Shown here: piece by piece, positions 10,917 to 20,225 of the stretch
Layout: each line of letters begins with the position of its first letter
How positions within the stretch are numbered: the first letter of the stretch is position 1
Assembly (NCBI GenBank): GCA_030145005.1
Contig: JAQYWJ010000001.1
Span: 1 to 62,227 of the forward strand
Direction of reading: 5' to 3'
Origin: Desulfobacter sp.
GTDB taxonomy: Bacteria > Desulfobacterota > Desulfobacteria > Desulfobacterales > Desulfobacteraceae
DNA length: 62,227 nucleotides
The notes under the pieces: generated by a model
The model's input: only the letters and a program-made list of their open reading frames with translations
Told to the model about the DNA's origin: nothing
Databases searched by the model: none
Translations under genes and position numbers: made by a program

Positions 10917-11692
10917 TTCAACCGATTCATCCAACTGCAATTATTGATTCATCTGCCAGGATAGATGAGAATGTCACCATTGGCCCTTATACCATTGTCA
11001 AAGGAGATGTTACCATTGGATCCGGCACAACCATAGGTCCTTACTGCACGATTGACGACCATGTCACCATCGGTCCGGACTGTAATATTTTTCAGTACGC
11101 CTCCATTGGCGGCGCCCCCCAAGATCTTAAATTTCACGGAGAAACCACCCATCTGACCATTGGCAGGGGGTCCATTATCCGTGAATTTGTCACCATTAAC
11201 AGGGGCACGGGTTTTGGCGGAGGCCTCACCGAGGTGGGTGAAGAAAACTATCTGATGGCCTACACCCACATTGCCCATGACTGCAAAACCGGTAAAGGTG
11301 TCATCCTTGCCAACAGTTCAACCCTTGCAGGACACATTGAAATCGGAAACTATGCCACTATAGGCGGTCTTGTGGCCATTCATCAATTTGTCAAAATCGG
11401 AGACTATGCCTACATCGGCGGTAAATCCGCTGTGGTAAAAGACATTCCGCCCTTTGTCATTGCCGCAGGTGACAGGGCCACCCTGCATGGACTGAATAAT
11501 GTGGGCCTCAAGCGCCATAATTTTGAAACTTCCGCTATTCGTCAGTTGAAAAAAGCGTACCGGATATTTTTCCGGATTGGACTGACAGTGACCCAGGCCG
11601 TGGAAAGAACCAAAGCAGAAGTTGAACAACTTCCTGAAGTCGTGTTCTTTACTGAATTTATAAAAAATTCAAATCGTGGGGTGACACGTTAA
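10913..11692 (+). CDS. lpxA: Acyl-ACP--UDP-N-acetylglucosamine O-acyltransferase
   Basis: IHPTAII, PQDLKF, IREFVTINRGT, MAYTHIAHDC and HQFVKIG. Confidence 0.97.
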   Translation: MIQPIHPTAIIDSSARIDENVTIGPYTIVKGDVTIGSGTTIGPYCTIDDHVTIGPDCNIFQYASIGGAPQDLKFHGETTHLTIGRGSIIREFVTINRGTGFGGGLTEVGEENYLMAYTHIAHDCKTGKGVILANSSTLAGHIEIGNYATIGGLVAIHQFVKIGDYAYIGGKSAVVKDIPPFVIAAGDRATLHGLNNVGLKRHNFETSAIRQLKKAYRIFFRIGLTVTQAVERTKAEVEQLPEVVFFTEFIKNSNRGVTR

Positions 11693-11697
11693 TTTCC

Positions 11698-12549
11698 ATG
11701 AACGATACCGAAGGCAATAGTTGTTCTTCCCACATCGGCCTGATTGCAGGAGGTGGGCAGTTTCCGCTGCTTTTCACCCAAAAGGCACGTGCAAACGGTT
11801 ATAAAGTTATTGGGGCAGGATTCCACAGCGAAACGGACCCCCAACTTGCCCAACTGACCCACCGGTTTGAATGGCTTTATCTTGGCCAGCTCAGCAAACT
11901 GATCCGCTATTTTAAATCCCATGGTGTCACCAGGGCTTTGCTCATGGGCTCCATCAGCAAGGCCAATATTTTCAAAGATATAAGACCGGATTTCAAAGCT
12001 CTTGCCTTTATTGCTAAAACTGCGGGCACCCACGATAATAATATCCTTTCATCCTTTGCGGATCTTTTGGAAAAGCAGGGTATTACCCTGGTACCTTCCA
12101 CCTTTCTTCTGCCGGAGCTTATCAGCCCCAAAGGATGCTGGACAAAGCGAAAACCGGACAGATCAGAAAAAAAAGATATCCAGCAGGGATGGAAGCTTGC
12201 CAAAGCCGTTGGCCTTCTTGATATCGGCCAGTGCCTTGTTATTTCCAATGGTACGGTACTTGCTGTAGAAGCCATTGACGGCACGGACGCCACCATAGAA
12301 CGGGGAGGGCGGCTGAGCCGGGGCAATGGGGCCACAGTTGTAAAACTATCCAAACCCCACCAGGACTTACGCTTTGATTTACCCTCATCCGGATGCACCA
12401 CCATCGAAACCATGCACCGGTCAGGTGTAAATGTGCTTGTGCTTGAAGCTGAAAAGTCAATTTCATTTGACCGTGAAAAGATGATTGCCCTTGCAGACAA
12501 ATACAATATCTGCATAACCGCTGTGACCGAGGATGAGATCCATGAATAA
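11698..12549 (+). CDS. lpxI: UDP-2,3-diacylglucosamine diphosphatase LpxI
   Basis: IGLIAGGGQFP, DIGQ, AVEAIDGTDATI and KPHQDLRFDLP; lies between lpxA and lpxB. Confidence 0.92.
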   Translation: MNDTEGNSCSSHIGLIAGGGQFPLLFTQKARANGYKVIGAGFHSETDPQLAQLTHRFEWLYLGQLSKLIRYFKSHGVTRALLMGSISKANIFKDIRPDFKALAFIAKTAGTHDNNILSSFADLLEKQGITLVPSTFLLPELISPKGCWTKRKPDRSEKKDIQQGWKLAKAVGLLDIGQCLVISNGTVLAVEAIDGTDATIERGGRLSRGNGATVVKLSKPHQDLRFDLPSSGCTTIETMHRSGVNVLVLEAEKSISFDREKMIALADKYNICITAVTEDEIHE

Positions 12550-13825
12550 CGACCATGGGCTAACCTGGTCTATCGACACCCAGACACAACCCACCACAAA
12601 AAATGTAAATAATTTAATAGGTTGTCCGGATTTTCATACGAAAACGACCCGGCATATCATGATCCTTGCCGGTGAACCGTCAGGCGATTTCCACGGGGCA
12701 GCCCTGGTGCGGTCATTAAAACAACTTTGTCCCGGTACCCGGATCACGGGTATTGGCGGTAAAGCCATGACAGGGCAGGGGGCAGACATTTTCTTTCCCA
12801 TTGACAAGCTGTCTGCCATGGGACTTGTTCAAGTGATCAAGCAGTTAGGCGCCATTAAACAGGCTTTTTCCCTTGTTAAGCGACGATTAAAAACAGATCC
12901 CCCTGATGCTGTTGTGCTCATTGACTATCCGGGCTTTAATTTAAAAACCGCTAGCTTTATCAAACAGCATTATGATATTCCTGTCTGTTATTATATTGCA
13001 CCAAAGGTCTGGGCCTGGAATTCAAGACGTCTGGATACCATTGCAAAATTTACGGACCATGTGGCACTGATCTTTCCCTTTGAGATCCCCATTTATAAAG
13101 CCAAAAAAATTTCTGCCACCTATGTGGGAAATCCCCTGGTGGATGAATATCCCCAAAGCCTGCCGATTTTGGACCAAGACAATAAAAAAGGCCTGGCCGG
13201 TGATCTGGTTATCGGTCTGCTTCCGGGTTCTAGATCCGCTGAAATTGATAAACTGCTCCCTGTCATGCTGGATTCCGCTGGTATGATTACAAAAAGATAT
13301 CCCAATTTAAGATTTCTTATTTCATCCGGCATTAGACAGCATGAAGAACGCATTAAACATATTGTTTTTCACCATCCAAACAGCGATTTATGCAGGATTG
13401 TAACAGGGCGGCCAAAACAGATTTTTGACCGGGCCAACCTTCTGATTGCCACATCGGGAACCGTTACGCTGGAAGCTGCTTTAAATCATGTCCCCACTGT
13501 AATTATTTATAAAATGTCCCCTGTGGCCTACCGGCTTGCACAGCTGCTTGTGAAAACCAAATACATCGGACTGGCCAATCTGATTGTCGGCCGCCAGGTG
13601 ATGCCGGAGCTGATCCAGGACAACGCCAATGCCGGAACCATCAGTGAAACCGTATTGTCAATGATACCTGAACTTGAGAATCATAGACAGCAACTTCATC
13701 AGGTCCGCAGACGATTAGGTCTGCCGGGCGCTCCGAAACGCACGGCAACCATTATATTTAACCTGATTCACAAACATGAGGTAAAAAACAAAAATTATCT
13801 GCCGATGCCAAAAGTACCTGTTTGA
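12533..13825 (+). CDS. lpxB: Lipid-A-disaccharide synthase (start codon uncertain)
   Basis: AGEPSGD, IDYPGFN, PKVWAW, LLPGSR and SGTVTLEAA. Confidence 0.95.
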   Translation: MRSMNNDHGLTWSIDTQTQPTTKNVNNLIGCPDFHTKTTRHIMILAGEPSGDFHGAALVRSLKQLCPGTRITGIGGKAMTGQGADIFFPIDKLSAMGLVQVIKQLGAIKQAFSLVKRRLKTDPPDAVVLIDYPGFNLKTASFIKQHYDIPVCYYIAPKVWAWNSRRLDTIAKFTDHVALIFPFEIPIYKAKKISATYVGNPLVDEYPQSLPILDQDNKKGLAGDLVIGLLPGSRSAEIDKLLPVMLDSAGMITKRYPNLRFLISSGIRQHEERIKHIVFHHPNSDLCRIVTGRPKQIFDRANLLIATSGTVTLEAALNHVPTVIIYKMSPVAYRLAQLLVKTKYIGLANLIVGRQVMPELIQDNANAGTISETVLSMIPELENHRQQLHQVRRRLGLPGAPKRTATIIFNLIHKHEVKNKNYLPMPKVPV

Positions 13826-13886
13826 CAAATTTAGGTAAGAACGATTAGATTATTCATCTTCTAAGATTTCAAATTATTAGGAAATA

Positions 13887-15143
13887 TTGTCGTTTATGAG
13901 TTTCGAACTGACCCTGTTATGTGTCTGCCTTTTTCTGTCAGGTTTTTTTTCCATGTCTGAAACAGCGCTTTTTTCCATCTCCAGAGTCAAAGCCTTTCAT
14001 GTTTCTAAAGATGGTTCAAAGTCCGGCCGGCTTATTCTGGAGATGAAGGAAGACTCCCACACCCTTTTGACCACCATTCTCATAGGCAACAACCTTGTAA
14101 ACATTGGTGCATCTTCCCTTGCCACATCCCTTGCCATTGACCATTTTCAGTCCAATGCCGTGGGGATTGCCACCGGTGTCATGACACTTCTGATTCTTGT
14201 TTTTGGGGAAATTTTTCCAAAATCTTTTGCCAACCACAACAATGTAGTGGTTTCAAGGGCGGTCATATATCCCCTATACTGGTTGTCAAAAATTTTATGG
14301 CCTTTGATCTTTGTTCTTAATTTCATACCTAAACTGCACGGCACCATATACAATTCCCAGGAGACCGTGACCGAGGATGAACTGATGACCATGGTGGAAG
14401 TGGTGGAAGGGGAAGGTGAAATCAAGGAGGAAGAAAGGGAATACATCACCAATATCTTTGAATTTGATGATACCTATTGTTCTGAAATTATGACACCCAG
14501 GGCAGACATGTTTGTGGTGGATGCAGCTGAAGGCCTGGATATTCCAAGGGTTCTAAAAACAGGATTTTCACGCATTCCGGTGATTGAGGATACCATAGAT
14601 AATATTGTAGGGATTCTGCATATTAAGGATCTATTTTCCAGATACCTGGAAAATAAAGGTTCCGAGGCGCCCCCGGACAGCCTTGATGTCAAAGCGATTA
14701 TGAAAAAGCCGTATTTCATACCGGAATCAAAGAAATTGGATTCACTGCTTAAAGCCTTTAAGGCAAAAAAGAGCCATATGGCTGTTGTCGTTGATGAATA
14801 TGGCGGCGTGTCCGGTATCGTAACCCTTGAGGATGTGGTTGAAGAAATTTTTGGAGAAATTGCCGACGAGTCCGATAAAAATACACCGGACATTGTCCAG
14901 ATCAAAGGGAACAAGTGGCTGGTGTTAGGTAAAACAGATATATATCATCTTAACAAAGAGTTAAACTTGGGTATTCCCGAATCTGCAAACTACGATACGG
15001 TCTCGGGATTTTTCCTGGAACTTGTGGAGCGTATCCCCAAACCCGGAGAGTCCATCCGCATGAATAACTGGCTCTTTTCGGTAAAAGACATGGATGGCAA
15101 CCGGATTCAGTCGTTTATTATTAAACCGGTAGAAGAACCCTGA
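13887..15143 (+). CDS. Hemolysin/CNNM family protein (DUF21 + CBS pair + CorC domain)
   Basis: SGFFSMSETALFS, GNNLVNI, FGEIFPKS, IMTPR, FSRIPV and VDEYGGVSGIVTLEDVVEEIFGEI. Confidence 0.92.
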   Translation: MSFMSFELTLLCVCLFLSGFFSMSETALFSISRVKAFHVSKDGSKSGRLILEMKEDSHTLLTTILIGNNLVNIGASSLATSLAIDHFQSNAVGIATGVMTLLILVFGEIFPKSFANHNNVVVSRAVIYPLYWLSKILWPLIFVLNFIPKLHGTIYNSQETVTEDELMTMVEVVEGEGEIKEEEREYITNIFEFDDTYCSEIMTPRADMFVVDAAEGLDIPRVLKTGFSRIPVIEDTIDNIVGILHIKDLFSRYLENKGSEAPPDSLDVKAIMKKPYFIPESKKLDSLLKAFKAKKSHMAVVVDEYGGVSGIVTLEDVVEEIFGEIADESDKNTPDIVQIKGNKWLVLGKTDIYHLNKELNLGIPESANYDTVSGFFLELVERIPKPGESIRMNNWLFSVKDMDGNRIQSFIIKPVEEP

Positions 15144-15201
15144 TTTGCGCTGTACCAGACATTTGAAATTTTGGCATCCAAAATTTGACCGCTTGAATCT
15201 A

Positions 15202-15230
15202 TTGACAGAAACAGATTTGACGTATAAGGT
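15202..15230 (+). promoter_or_regulatory. Putative sigma70 promoter of the pheA-aro operon leader
   Basis: TTGACA, 17 nt spacer, TAAGGT, just upstream of the leader peptide. Confidence 0.5.
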
Positions 15231-15262
15231 CTTAAAAAAAATATAAGGGAAACAATAGTTCA

Positions 15263-15340
15263 ATGCATTTTATCTTTAATAAAAATTTTTATTTTAGCAC
15301 TCGATTTTATAAAAAGGACAGCCTGCCTGTGGACTACTGA
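15263..15340 (+). CDS. Phe/Tyr-rich attenuator leader peptide (PheL-like), 25 aa
   Basis: MHFIFNKNFYFSTRFYKKDSLPVDY* (5 Phe, 3 Tyr); AAGGGA upstream; followed by a terminator and pheA. Confidence 0.75.
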   Translation: MHFIFNKNFYFSTRFYKKDSLPVDY

Positions 15341-15369
15341 TTTTTCCCATAAATTTAACTTAAATCACT

Positions 15370-15406
15370 AAAACCGCAGCAGGCAAGGCCTGAGGCGGTT
15401 TTTTTT
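15370..15406 (+). terminator. Attenuator terminator upstream of pheA
   Basis: Hairpin AAAACCGC-agCAGGC-aag-GCCTGag-GCGGTTTT ending in a T8 run. Its 5' arm is complementary to GCCTGCCTGTGG (15321-15332) in the leader. Confidence 0.8.
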
Positions 15407-15438
15407 ATTTAAAGCCGATTATAAAAAAGGAAATTAAC

Positions 15439-16578
15439 ATGACAGACCGTGGGATCAAGGAAAAAGACAATCAAAAACAAACCGGGGGGGAGACTTCCTC
15501 ACTGTCTCCGCTTCGTGGGGAAATTGACCGCATTGATGAGCGCATTCTTGAACTGATCAACCAACGCCTTGAGATCGGTAAAAAAGTAGGAGAGATTAAA
15601 AAACAAAAAGGCAGTCAGATTCTGGACCGGGCCCGGGAACGCATGGTGATTGACCGGCTTTCCCAGCTGAATCCCGGCCCTGCGGATGAAAGCCTGATCC
15701 AGTATATTTTCAATGTGATCATCACGGCCACACGGGAAATCCAGAAACCTAGAACTATTGGTTATTTGGGGCCCGTTGCCAGTCATTCTCATATTGCAGC
15801 CCTTCATTATTTCAGGCATTGCGGGGAATTTGTAGAACAGCCCGGTTTTTTTGATATTTTCAACAATATTAAACGAAAAGAACTTCATTTCGGCATTGTC
15901 CCCGTTGAAAATTCCATTGAAGGGGCTGTCAACTATACCCTTGATCTGTTTGCCGAATTTGATATTCATATTACGGCAGAGCACTATGAGCCTGTTTCCC
16001 ATGATCTGTTATCCATCACAGGGGAACTCAAAGACGTTAAAACCGTTTATTCCCATCCCCAGGCCATTGCCCAGTGCAAAAACTGGTTGAAGAAACACCT
16101 GCCCCATGCCATAGTCATGGAGACTACCTCCACATCAAATGCGGCACTTATGGCCTCAAAGGATGAACAGATTGCCGCCATTGCATCGGGTAAAGCGGCT
16201 CATTTTTATAACTTGCTGCCGGTGGCATCGCAAATACAGGACCGTGCCGGTAACATTACGCGGTTTCTTGTGATTGGGGGAGATCGCCCGGAAAGAACAG
16301 GGAATGATAAAACCTCTATTATGTTTGCCACGAATCACACGCCGGGCGCTCTTTTCAGGGCGCTTTCGCCTGTGAACCGAGCCGGCCTGAACATGGTTAA
16401 ACTTGAATCCAGGCCCACGCGCCACTATAACTGGAGCTATCATTTTTTCATGGATATTGAAGGGCACATCCAGGACGAAATTGTATTTCAAACCATTGAA
16501 CAGATTCGAAGCCAGGCCCTGTATTTAAAGGTGTTGGGATCGTACCCGATTTTGGCAAAACAGGAGAGATTACAATGA
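15439..16578 (+). CDS. pheA: Chorismate mutase/prephenate dehydratase
   Basis: LRGEIDRIDERILELINQR (CM domain), PVENSIEG, SHPQAIAQC, NITRF, LESRP and ACT domain. Confidence 0.96.
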   Translation: MTDRGIKEKDNQKQTGGETSSLSPLRGEIDRIDERILELINQRLEIGKKVGEIKKQKGSQILDRARERMVIDRLSQLNPGPADESLIQYIFNVIITATREIQKPRTIGYLGPVASHSHIAALHYFRHCGEFVEQPGFFDIFNNIKRKELHFGIVPVENSIEGAVNYTLDLFAEFDIHITAEHYEPVSHDLLSITGELKDVKTVYSHPQAIAQCKNWLKKHLPHAIVMETTSTSNAALMASKDEQIAAIASGKAAHFYNLLPVASQIQDRAGNITRFLVIGGDRPERTGNDKTSIMFATNHTPGALFRALSPVNRAGLNMVKLESRPTRHYNWSYHFFMDIEGHIQDEIVFQTIEQIRSQALYLKVLGSYPILAKQERLQ

Positions 16579-17378
16579 TTGACGCTGCCACCCGGTTATA
16601 TTGTGTATTCGGCAATCCTGTCAGACACTCTAAAGGCCCTTTAATTCATAATGCAGCGTTTAAAAATAAGGGCATCAATGCCGTTTACCTTGCCTTTGAG
16701 GTACAGGATGCTGCCAAAGCGGTACAGGCTGTGCGCACGCTGGATATCCAGGGCGCTTCCGTGACCATTCCTTTCAAGGAATCCATCATGGAACATATTG
16801 ATTGGATCGACCCCACAGCCCGGGCCATTGGTGCCGTAAACACGATAGTCAATGAAGACGGCGTGTTAAAAGGCTATAATACGGATTGTCAGGCCGCTGT
16901 TGCACCCCTTGTCCCCTTTGGCATTTCAGGAAAAACTGTCTGTATTGTGGGTGCAGGCGGCGCAGCTCGGGCTGTAGCCCACGGTATTGCAGCCCAAAAT
17001 GGGGACATCATCATCACCAATCGAACGGAACAAAAAGGGCAGGCCCTTGCTGAAACGGTTAACGCACGGTTTATACCTGCCAATGAGATGGCAAACATCC
17101 AGGCAGATGTGGTAATCAACACCACAAGCATCGGCATGACACCCAAAGCGGACAAAATAAGCTTTCCGCCGGAAGCATTAACATCTGAAATGGTGGTGAT
17201 GGATGTGGTGTATACCCCGTTGAGGACCCGGTTGCTTGAAGCGGCGGAACAAAAGGGCTGCACAACCATTGACGGCCTGTCCATGTTCATTGCCCAGGCA
17301 GCAGCCCAGTTTGAATTATGGACAGGCATCACCCCTGATACGAACCTAATGCGGGGCACTATATTAACGACTGATTAA
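16575..17378 (+). CDS. aroE: Shikimate dehydrogenase
   Basis: GNPVRHS, SVTIPFK, GAVNT, NTD, GAGGAARA and DVVYTP. Confidence 0.95.
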   Translation: MIDAATRLYCVFGNPVRHSKGPLIHNAAFKNKGINAVYLAFEVQDAAKAVQAVRTLDIQGASVTIPFKESIMEHIDWIDPTARAIGAVNTIVNEDGVLKGYNTDCQAAVAPLVPFGISGKTVCIVGAGGAARAVAHGIAAQNGDIIITNRTEQKGQALAETVNARFIPANEMANIQADVVINTTSIGMTPKADKISFPPEALTSEMVVMDVVYTPLRTRLLEAAEQKGCTTIDGLSMFIAQAAAQFELWTGITPDTNLMRGTILTTD

Positions 17379-17389
17379 AGGAGAGCGTC

Positions 17390-18649
17390 ATGAAGCAGGT
17401 AATTTCCAGAAATGTCCAGGACCAGGTGGTCAAAATACCGGGCTCCAAGAGCATTTCACACAGGATGCTGATTTGTGCAGCCCTGGCCGACGGCATATCT
17501 GAAATTTATAATGTACTGGACAGCCAGGATATTTCACTTACCCGCAAAACCCTGGAGTGCATGGGTGCTCAAATTGAAAGCAGACAAGACGGGGTCCTGT
17601 CGGTCACAGGTTTCGGCGGACGGCCAAAACCCTGGCCGGATCCCATCCACCTTGGTAATTCAGGCACGTCCATGCGCCTTTTAGCAGGGATTGCCGCCCT
17701 TGGCAGTACCCCATATACCCTGACCGGGGATGAGCGCATGCGTCAACGCCCCATGGGAGAGCTTTTAGATGCCCTGGGCCGTATCCGGATCAGTGCCGGC
17801 TCCCAAAATAATGAAGGTACACCGCCGGTAGTGATCCAGGGCGGAGACAGGGCAGGGGGGCGGACACTTCTTGATTGCTCCCGGTCAAGCCAGTACCTGT
17901 CTGCCCTGCTCATGGCCGGGGCTTTTTTTGACCAAGGCCTTGTGATTGATCTGACAGGGCCTGCCGTGTCTCAACCTTATATTGATTTAACTTTGGATGT
18001 GATGAAGCAGTTCGGGGTCAATGCCTTCCAGATATCCGACACCTGCTATGAGGTCCCGGGGGGCCAGACTTACTCCTCCGGGACCAGATCCGTGGAGCCC
18101 GATCTTTCCAATGCCGGTTATTTCTGGGCAGCAGGCGCTGTAACAGGTGCGGATATCGGCGTGGATAATATCGGTACAGCCTCTTTGCAGGGCGATTTGA
18201 AACAGGCATATATATTTGAGAAGATGGGCTGTATGGTAAATCATGATGGACGGGTTCTGCGGGTAAAGGGCCATCCCCCCTTGCACGGCGTGGATGTGGA
18301 TATGTCCGATACCCCGGATGCCGTACCTGCTGTGGCTGTGACAGCCGCGTTTGCAGAAGGCACCACCCGGATTACTAATATCGGTCATCTTCGGGTCAAG
18401 GAGTGCGACCGTATTGATGCGGTTTGCTCCCAGCTCACCAAAATGGGAATTCAAGCGGTGCAGGGACCGGATTTTATGGAAATTACCGGCGGCACACCCC
18501 ATGGCGCAGTCATTGAAACCTTTAACGACCATCGCATTGCCATGGCCTTTGCCGTTGCAGGCCTTAGGGTGGACGGCATTCAAATTGAAAATCCCGTGTG
18601 CGTGGAAAAATCATTCCCCACATTCTGGCAGCTTTTTGATGCCCTGTAA
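17390..18649 (+). CDS. aroA: 3-phosphoshikimate 1-carboxyvinyltransferase
   Basis: PGSKSISHR, GNSGTSMR, SSQYLSALL, RVKECDRI and DHRIAMAF. Confidence 0.97.
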   Translation: MKQVISRNVQDQVVKIPGSKSISHRMLICAALADGISEIYNVLDSQDISLTRKTLECMGAQIESRQDGVLSVTGFGGRPKPWPDPIHLGNSGTSMRLLAGIAALGSTPYTLTGDERMRQRPMGELLDALGRIRISAGSQNNEGTPPVVIQGGDRAGGRTLLDCSRSSQYLSALLMAGAFFDQGLVIDLTGPAVSQPYIDLTLDVMKQFGVNAFQISDTCYEVPGGQTYSSGTRSVEPDLSNAGYFWAAGAVTGADIGVDNIGTASLQGDLKQAYIFEKMGCMVNHDGRVLRVKGHPPLHGVDVDMSDTPDAVPAVAVTAAFAEGTTRITNIGHLRVKECDRIDAVCSQLTKMGIQAVQGPDFMEITGGTPHGAVIETFNDHRIAMAFAVAGLRVDGIQIENPVCVEKSFPTFWQLFDAL

Positions 18650-18661
18650 AAAGGAGAGACC

Positions 18662-19183
18662 ATGGGTCCCATTTTTCTTATCGGATACCGGTGTACCGGT
18701 AAAACCAGTACCGGAAAGTATCTTGCCGATCTTTTGAACAAAACGTTTCTGGATACGGATCTGGTTTTGGAATCAACTTACGGCACCACCATTGCACAGA
18801 TGGTGGCCCGTCGCGGATGGTCCTATTTCAGGGCAAAAGAAACTGAAACGCTTATGAATCTGGATTTGAAAAACGCTCCTGTTATAGCCACGGGCGGGGG
18901 GATCATCCTTGCAGAAGAAAACAGGCAGTTTTTAAAAGAGAATGGCGTTGTTGTATATCTTTATGCCACAGCATCTGTTTTAACAGACAGAATCCGCAAA
19001 GATGAAAATAACACCGAGCGAAGACCGGACCTTACCCGTGACAGCCTTGCCCTTGAAACAAAAAAAATGCTTGAAATCAGAAATCCATTGTACCAGGCAC
19101 TTGCCGCTATATCCATTAACACAGAAAAATACGCCCCGAAAGCAGCGGCGCTCCGAATCAAGGCCGAACTTGACCCACAGTAA
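18662..19183 (+). CDS. aroK: Shikimate kinase
   Basis: GYRCTGKTS P-loop, DTD, FRAKE, IATGGG and RNPLY. Confidence 0.93.
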   Translation: MGPIFLIGYRCTGKTSTGKYLADLLNKTFLDTDLVLESTYGTTIAQMVARRGWSYFRAKETETLMNLDLKNAPVIATGGGIILAEENRQFLKENGVVVYLYATASVLTDRIRKDENNTERRPDLTRDSLALETKKMLEIRNPLYQALAAISINTEKYAPKAAALRIKAELDPQ

Positions 19184-19384
19184 GAGCCAGTTTAAAAATT
19201 AGGGAATCGAAGCGAAATTTCATAAGATTGCAGCCGATTCATCAATGTTTTGAATATTTAGTTTTGAACAGAAACCCGTGTTTGGACGAAAAGTTGCCCG
19301 GATGTAAAGCGCATATAGGTTATTTTCTGAGCATACACTCCTCTAACGAGCCGTTCAAACACTATTTAAAAAGGAGAATTTTTA

Positions 19385-19768
19385 ATGGATATAATTACCC
19401 ATCAATTGATAGACAATGAACTGTGCGGCAAGCCGGTCATGGTGGAAAACGGCAAAAGTCGTGTGGAATATACGACCACGCCCAGAATGGCGGCAGATGA
19501 TTCCGGGCTGGTGCATGGCGGATTTATTTTCGGGCTTGCCGACTATGCGGCCATGCTTGCGGTGAATCATCCCAATGTCGTGCTTGGCGGGGCAGATGTT
19601 AAATTCCTGAAACCTGTCAAAGCAGGGGAATCTGTATATGCCCAAGCCAATGTAACATCAGTGTCAGGTAAAAAGCAGATGGTCAGCGTTGTGGTTAAAC
19701 GTGAAGAGGAGGTTGTTTTCAAAGGGGATTTTTCCTGCTTTATCCTGGAAAAACATGTTCTTGAATAA
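19385..19768 (+). CDS. PaaI/hotdog-fold thioesterase
   Basis: GLVHGGFIFGLADYAAMLA and VKFLKPV. Confidence 0.88.
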   Translation: MDIITHQLIDNELCGKPVMVENGKSRVEYTTTPRMAADDSGLVHGGFIFGLADYAAMLAVNHPNVVLGGADVKFLKPVKAGESVYAQANVTSVSGKKQMVSVVVKREEEVVFKGDFSCFILEKHVLE

Positions 19769-19780
19769 AATTGTTTAGAA

Positions 19781-19828
19781 AAAATCCTAAGCGCCATATG
19801 TTTATCAAAACATGGCGCTTGGGATTTT
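19781..19828. terminator. Bidirectional intrinsic terminator between convergent genes
   Basis: AAAATCCtAAGCGCCAT...ATGGCGCTTgGGATTTT inverted repeat. Confidence 0.75.
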
Positions 19829-19882
19829 ATAAATTTTATGGGAAATAACCGTGAGTGCGCTTAAGCGGTTTTAGGCATCCAT

Positions 19883-20209
19883 TTAGGTTTCTTGGGGTGC
19901 CTTGATCATATCGCTTTCCACCATGTCAGCAATACCTAAGGCGGAATTCAGGGCATCATTAATCATAAAAAGTTGAATTTTAAGTGTTTTCAGGGATGCA
20001 GGAGTCGCTGAAATTTTTTCTTCTGATGCAAGCAATGACGAAAACATGTCTGCTTTTTGGGCAAACCCGGCCAAACGCTCACTGAATTGAACAATCTCCT
20101 TGGCCCAGTTATCCCTTTCTTCACTGGTAAGTTCGATGTTTGCGTTGTCAGTGCCGTTAATCAGGTGGTCAATCTGGTATTCCTGGGGGTTGGCGATGAT
20201 TTCGTACAT
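19883..20209 (-). CDS. Hypothetical helical protein
   Basis: 108 aa ORF with GGAG ribosome-binding site, directly downstream of the TolC gene; no recognised motif. Confidence 0.65.
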   Translation of the reverse strand: MYEIIANPQEYQIDHLINGTDNANIELTSEERDNWAKEIVQFSERLAGFAQKADMFSSLLASEEKISATPASLKTLKIQLFMINDALNSALGIADMVESDMIKAPQET

Positions 20210-20225
20210 AGTTTGTGCTCCATTT

